Origin: Candidatus Latescibacterota bacterium
GTDB taxonomy: Bacteria > Latescibacterota > UBA2968 > UBA8231
NCBI GenBank assembly: GCA_965203175.1
Contig: OZ241867.1
Coordinates: forward strand, 288,001 to 352,000
Direction of reading: 5' to 3'
Length of the DNA stretch: 64,000 nt
The notes beneath the pieces are model-generated. The model saw only the letters and a program-made list of their open reading frames with translations. It was not told the DNA's origin and made no database searches. Both the position numbers and the translations under genes were made by a program. Positions 59,410-64,000 of the stretch are shown piece by piece (positions within the stretch are counted from its first letter, which is position 1; every line of letters begins with the position of its first letter).

Positions 59410-61848
59410 TCAACCATCCCGCTGCCGCCACCACGCCACCACCACGCCCACAACCACCACCAACCCCACCAACACCGCCCCTCGCGCCCAAGCCAACACC
59501 GGCGAAAAGTAGCGAAACTCCACCTCGTGTTCCCCGGCTGGCAACGCCACCCCCTTCCATATATAATGTATACGCAACATCTCGGCCTCCTCCCCGTCCA
59601 CCCACACCGACCAATTCGACTGGTAATTCTCCGACATCACCAACACGCGCGGCCCCGCACTCTGCGTCCGCAGGCGAATCAACCCCTCCTTTGGATCGTA
59701 CGCCAGCCGCTCCACCCGGTCGCCGGCCCGATCCCCCGCGCCATTGAGCCGCACCGCCGGCGCATTCTCCAGCAACGCCACGCCCTGCGGATCCACCCGG
59801 CCGCTCAACAGCCGCCCCAACACGGCCTCGCCGCTATCCAACACCTCCGCTTCCGGCACTAAATAAAACCACGGCAATGCCTGCGGATTTTCGTACAGCC
59901 GAAACCGCGCCCCCTCAAAGCGCAGCGGATAGGCCGCCATATTCAATTCTAGAGGCTTGGGCACAGCCAGATACTTGCCGTTGAGCAAATTCAACAGCGA
60001 TTGAAACCCAGCCGACGGCGCGCCCGTGCGCAGAAACTGCTGCACCAGCGGCTCAAACTCCTTCAGCATCCGGTCGTAGCGCCCTACCGTCAAATCGTGA
60101 AAGCCCGTAATGGACCAAACCCCGTGCAAGTGATAGCCCGGCTCCTCTAGCACCCGAAAGCTAGGCAAGGGCAAGACGCGGAAGAGCGATTCGTCCTTTT
60201 GCAAAAACTGCACCGCGCGCGGATTCTCCCGGCGAATATCCGCATAGCGGCCCGGATCCCGATAGAGCAAATAAACCCGATCAACGCGCCACGTGTCGAA
60301 CAGCGTTACCGCGCACAACCCCCCCACCAGCACCGTCCCCGAAAGCTGCCCCCCCAGCCGCAAATAGAGCAACGCCAAGCCCGTGCCCAAAGCCACCACC
60401 ACGCACCAGCCGCCGCGCGCAATCCAATCGTAGCTCCCAGCCAGCACAGCCCGCTTCTGCGGCGCAATGTCTCCGTAGAACAAATTTATCCACGCATCGG
60501 TCGTCCCCTTCGGAAAAAGCGCCACCAGCAAGGCCAGCGCGGCGAGGATGCCGCCGACATAGGCCAAGCGGCCCCGCAGCAAGGCCCGCTCATCCGCGTC
60601 GGCATCCAACACCCGCTGCAAGCCCAATCCCGCCAGCGCACACCCGGCAAACGCAAACACAAACGCCCCCATGCCAATGGCGCGCTGCACATCCGCCCCA
60701 GGCAGCAAGTGAAACGCCAGCCAATGCACGGGCGTGTGCTCGCCCAACACGTAAGCCAACGCCAGCACAAACACCCCGCCTAACAGCGCCACTTGCGGTC
60801 GTCGCCGACACTCCGGCACCATCAGCAGCGCCAAGAGCACGGCCAACGCGCCAAAGTACTCGGAGTTGATCTTGAACGCATTGCGGCCCCAATAGCGCGA
60901 GCCGCCCTGTACCAGCACATTGTCGTACCCGCCGAACTCCGGCACCACCAGCGAAGCCACTTCCTCGGGATGCAGCGACCAACTCCGCGCATACGCGAGC
61001 TGTTCCTCCGCGGTCTTACCCCCCACCTCATCGCCCGTAGCCCGCTTGGACTCGGCGCGGGTGTACATCATCACCGGAAAAGCCCCCTCAGCCCCCAACG
61101 CCAACCCCAACACCACCGCACCTATAAAATGAATAAAGCGCCGCACCAAGGCGGCCCGCTCGCGGCGCATCTGATATAACTTAAATAGGAAATAGACGCC
61201 GAGGCCCAAGAGCGCGAAGTACGTCATCGGTGGATGAGAGTAAATACACGCGCCAGTCAGCACCCCGACAGCCGCCCAATAAATCAGCCGCCTCTGCGCC
61301 AAAGCCCGTTCCAACGCCCAGATGATCCACGGGAAAAGGGCGATTACCCCCATCTTGGCGTAGTGGCCAGCCAACGGAAACGCCAAAAAGGTCGGCGCCG
61401 ACATGAACGCCACCCCGCCCCACAGCGCGGCACGCCCCCCCACGTGAATTTGCCGCAAGTACGCATACATACCCAAGCCCGCGACGCACATCGTCAGAAT
61501 GTAGCGCCAGCCAATGTAGCGCTGAAAAGTCGTAAAAAAATACAGGACGTATGCCGGGAAGTACTGGGGGCGAATGGCCTCGGACTGGGGGAAGCCGCCC
61601 ATCTTGGGATCCCACATCGGCTGGTCCACAGTCTGCACCTTGTCCCAGAAACTCAAGGCCGCGCCCTTGTGATAGTCCGTGCCTACGTCCATGCCAAAGA
61701 CGATCTTGTCCGAGAGCGGAAACTCGTAGAAGTACAGCAGACTCAGGGCGAGGAAGAAGACCAGCGGAAAAAGTCGGTGATTCCACAGAGGCGGCCTATC
61801 GGCCTTTGCCGGGGCTTGGGTTTTGGCGCGTTTGCTTTTGTTGACCAT
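59410..61848 (-). CDS. YfhO-family polytopic membrane protein (GT-C-like)
   Basis: More than 12 TM segments, PMWDPKMGGFP, SWSLHP, YENPQALP, MSENY..NW...VDG, GVALPAGEHEVEFRY. Confidence 0.8.
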   Translation of the reverse strand: MVNKSKRAKTQAPAKADRPPLWNHRLFPLVFFLALSLLYFYEFPLSDKIVFGMDVGTDYHKGAALSFWDKVQTVDQPMWDPKMGGFPQSEAIRPQYFPAYVLYFFTTFQRYIGWRYILTMCVAGLGMYAYLRQIHVGGRAALWGGVAFMSAPTFLAFPLAGHYAKMGVIALFPWIIWALERALAQRRLIYWAAVGVLTGACIYSHPPMTYFALLGLGVYFLFKLYQMRRERAALVRRFIHFIGAVVLGLALGAEGAFPVMMYTRAESKRATGDEVGGKTAEEQLAYARSWSLHPEEVASLVVPEFGGYDNVLVQGGSRYWGRNAFKINSEYFGALAVLLALLMVPECRRRPQVALLGGVFVLALAYVLGEHTPVHWLAFHLLPGADVQRAIGMGAFVFAFAGCALAGLGLQRVLDADADERALLRGRLAYVGGILAALALLVALFPKGTTDAWINLFYGDIAPQKRAVLAGSYDWIARGGWCVVVALGTGLALLYLRLGGQLSGTVLVGGLCAVTLFDTWRVDRVYLLYRDPGRYADIRRENPRAVQFLQKDESLFRVLPLPSFRVLEEPGYHLHGVWSITGFHDLTVGRYDRMLKEFEPLVQQFLRTGAPSAGFQSLLNLLNGKYLAVPKPLELNMAAYPLRFEGARFRLYENPQALPWFYLVPEAEVLDSGEAVLGRLLSGRVDPQGVALLENAPAVRLNGAGDRAGDRVERLAYDPKEGLIRLRTQSAGPRVLVMSENYQSNWSVWVDGEEAEMLRIHYIWKGVALPAGEHEVEFRYFSPVLAWARGAVLVGLVVVVGVVVAWWRQRDG

Positions 61849-61868
61849 GCAGTCCTTCCAGGTGCGTC

Positions 61869-62981
61869 CTATTCCATTTCCTCAACCGCCCGCAAATACA
61901 CATCCTCCAAATCCTCCGCCAACCGATCCCAACTAAACCGCCCCGCCCACGTCCGGCCCGCCGCGCCCAAGTCCCGCCGCCTTGAGTCATCCGCAATCAA
62001 CGCCCGCATCCCGTCCGCCAAAGCACCCACATCCTCGGGCGGCACCAACACCCCAGTCTCGTCGTGGCGCACGGCATCGCGCAAGCCGTCAATGTCGGTC
62101 CCCAACACAGCTTTCCCAGCGGCAGCAGCTTCTACGGCCACCATGCACCAACCTTCGTAGCGAGACGGAACGCAGACCACGAGGGCGCGGCGCAAAAGTT
62201 CGCCTTGCTGTTCTTCTTCCACGCGCCCGATAATCTCCACCCGGCCCTCCAATCCCACCCTCCGCGCCAAGCTCCTCACGCTAGCGAGTTGCTTAGAAGT
62301 GCCGCGCCCGGCCAGCTTAAGGCGAATATCCGGGTGCTCAGCGGCGATCTCGGCAAACGCGGCAATCAACAGGTCGATCCCCTTAGTATGAATATCCATG
62401 CGCCCAAAGTAGAGCAAGTACGGATCTTCCTCGGACGCCAGCGCAAAAAAGCGCCGATCAACGCCGCTGTACACTATATCAACCGCCGCGTCGCGGGCGC
62501 GCTGCCGAACGCGCGCTTGCACGCTAGGGGCAATCGTCAGTATCCGGCCATAAGCCCGCAGGGCGCGCCGCTCGCACAGCCACGCCACACCGCCCACGAG
62601 CGGATGTTTGGCAAGGGCGTGCCATCCCATGAAGTGATAGAACAAAAGCAACCCCTGCCGCCGCAGCGCAGCCGGCACGCGCAAAGGCGCAAAGGCCGAA
62701 AACTCGTTGATCCACAAATCCCACTCTAGCCGCTGCAACTGAGCTACGGCCGCGCGGCAATAGCCCACCCGGCTCAGAGCATAGCTGCGGGCCGAGCCAA
62801 CGCGCAGCAGGCGCAGGCCATGCCGTTCGGTCTCGCGCTCGGCCCCGGGAAACAGGCCACTGACGACGGTGATCTCGTGGCGGCTGGCCAAGCGGCGGTA
62901 GAGTTCCATCGCCCGCACCGCGCCACCACCGCCCAACCACGGGTTGGCAATGTCGTCGTACATCAAGTGGCATATCTTCAT
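61869..62981 (-). CDS. Glycosyltransferase family 4
   Basis: GGG near N-terminus, FGRM...KG, PSRYEGWCMVAVEA (EX7E), ETGVLV, FSWD. Confidence 0.9.
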   Translation of the reverse strand: MKICHLMYDDIANPWLGGGGAVRAMELYRRLASRHEITVVSGLFPGAERETERHGLRLLRVGSARSYALSRVGYCRAAVAQLQRLEWDLWINEFSAFAPLRVPAALRRQGLLLFYHFMGWHALAKHPLVGGVAWLCERRALRAYGRILTIAPSVQARVRQRARDAAVDIVYSGVDRRFFALASEEDPYLLYFGRMDIHTKGIDLLIAAFAEIAAEHPDIRLKLAGRGTSKQLASVRSLARRVGLEGRVEIIGRVEEEQQGELLRRALVVCVPSRYEGWCMVAVEAAAAGKAVLGTDIDGLRDAVRHDETGVLVPPEDVGALADGMRALIADDSRRRDLGAAGRTWAGRFSWDRLAEDLEDVYLRAVEEME

Positions 62982-62999
62982 GGGCGGAGTGCCCGCGCC

Positions 63000-63596
63000 T
63001 CAGAGCACGCCCTTGGTCGAAGGAATGCCCTGAACCCGCTCGCTGTGCTGCACAGCCATGAGCAGGGCGCGGGCGAACGCCTTGAACAGAGCCTCAATGC
63101 CGTGGTGGGCATTGTGGCCGCGCACGAGGTCGAGGTGCAGATTCATCCGGCCTTGGTCGGCCACCGCGTAGAAGAACTCGCGCACCAAAGACACATCCAG
63201 CGCGCCGACCCGCTCTTCGCTAAAGGCCGCAGCAAAAACCAAATAGGCCCGGCCCGACAAATCTATCACTGCCCGCGCCAAGGCTTCGTCCATGGGCACG
63301 TAGCTGTGGCCGTAGCGCTGGATACCGGCCTTGTCGCCCAAGGCTTGGGCAATGGCTTGGCCGAGACAGATGCCCACGTCTTCCACTGTGTGGTGAGCGT
63401 CCACGTGCAGGTCGCCGCGGCATTGGACCTCTAGGTCGCACAGGCCGTGCCGAGCCAAGGCGTGGAGCATGTGGTCGAAAAAGCCGAGGCCGGTGTCGGC
63501 GCGGCACTGGCCGCTACCGTCGAGACACAGCGACAACTCGATCTCGGTCTCGGTCGTCTGGCGCACAATCTGCGCCGTGCGGCGGTCTGCGCTCAT
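63000..63596 (-). CDS. hisB: Imidazoleglycerol-phosphate dehydratase
   Basis: Start MSADRRTA at 63596; FFDHML, DAHHTVED, PMDEAL, NAHHGIEA.FK, PSTKG. Confidence 0.97.
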   Translation of the reverse strand: MSADRRTAQIVRQTTETEIELSLCLDGSGQCRADTGLGFFDHMLHALARHGLCDLEVQCRGDLHVDAHHTVEDVGICLGQAIAQALGDKAGIQRYGHSYVPMDEALARAVIDLSGRAYLVFAAAFSEERVGALDVSLVREFFYAVADQGRMNLHLDLVRGHNAHHGIEALFKAFARALLMAVQHSERVQGIPSTKGVL

Positions 63597-64000
63597 GGCG
63601 TGGGCTTCTGTTGGCGGATGCGGATGGCTTGCGCGTGGGCCTCCAAGCCCTCGGCCTGCGCCATGCGGGCGATGTGCTCGGCCGCGTGGGCCAAGCGCTC
63701 GGGGGTGTAGGCGATAATGCTCGTCGTCTTGACGAAATCGGCCCATCCCAACGACGAGGCGTAGCGCGCCGCGCCTTGGGTCGGCAACACGTGGTTGGTG
63801 CCGGCGAAGTAATCGCCGACCGGCTCGGAAGAAGCCGCGCCGAGGAACAGCGCGCCGCAGTGGCGAATGGAGTCCACCCAGCGCCACGGGTCGGCCACCT
63901 GCAACTCGGCGTGTTCCGGCGCTAGGCGGTTGAGCAGCTCAATCCCCACTTCGAGGCTAGGCACCACGACAATCGCGCCATATTCTTCTAAAGCACTACT
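63593..64000 (-). CDS. hisD: Histidinol dehydrogenase (5' part outside window)
   Basis: APEH, GDYFAGTNHVLPT, AEGLEAHA. Confidence 0.95.
   Translation of the reverse strand, partial: SSALEEYGAIVVVPSLEVGIELLNRLAPEHAELQVADPWRWVDSIRHCGALFLGAASSEPVGDYFAGTNHVLPTQGAARYASSLGWADFVKTTSIIAYTPERLAHAAEHIARMAQAEGLEAHAQAIRIRQQKPTP

Noticed and set aside
59235-59453. 72-aa minus-strand ORF and GC-rich partial hairpin after the YfhO gene
   Set aside because: No convincing SD or homology, composition unlike a real protein, and no second copy in the window.

Overview
High-GC bacterial chromosomal segment. Nearly all host genes lie on the minus strand. Gene order (prfB-lolE-lolD-mcsA-mcsB-clpC-bamA-skp-fabZ), the NYPNPFNP/FlgD-Ig-type secretion tails and a divergent 16S suggest an FCB-superphylum diderm, possibly Latescibacterota/PAUC34f-like (inference only). 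The window holds housekeeping genes (ilvE, rsmA, holB, ruvCAB, tsaB/D, an EF-G2 paralog, pyrB, ftsK, lolA, moaDE, hisDB) and a complete rRNA operon (16S-tRNA-Ile-23S-5S). It also holds three different plus-strand IS200/IS605 elements whose TnpB nucleases keep all three RuvC catalytic residues and whose ends and target motifs can be reconstructed. The main accessory locus is a 3175-aa Calx-beta/Ig adhesin with dockerin-like and cohesin-like modules, next to a 684-aa protein with duplicated cohesin-like modules. Notable points: a candidate cohesin-dockerin surface assembly, a TnpB element that splits the lolD/mcsA ATGA overlap, a frameshifted mcsB, no lpx genes in the bamA-skp-fabZ cluster, an unlisted 38-aa basic ORF, and 16S mismatches to EUB338/341F. 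All family assignments come from motif recognition by eye, not database searches.
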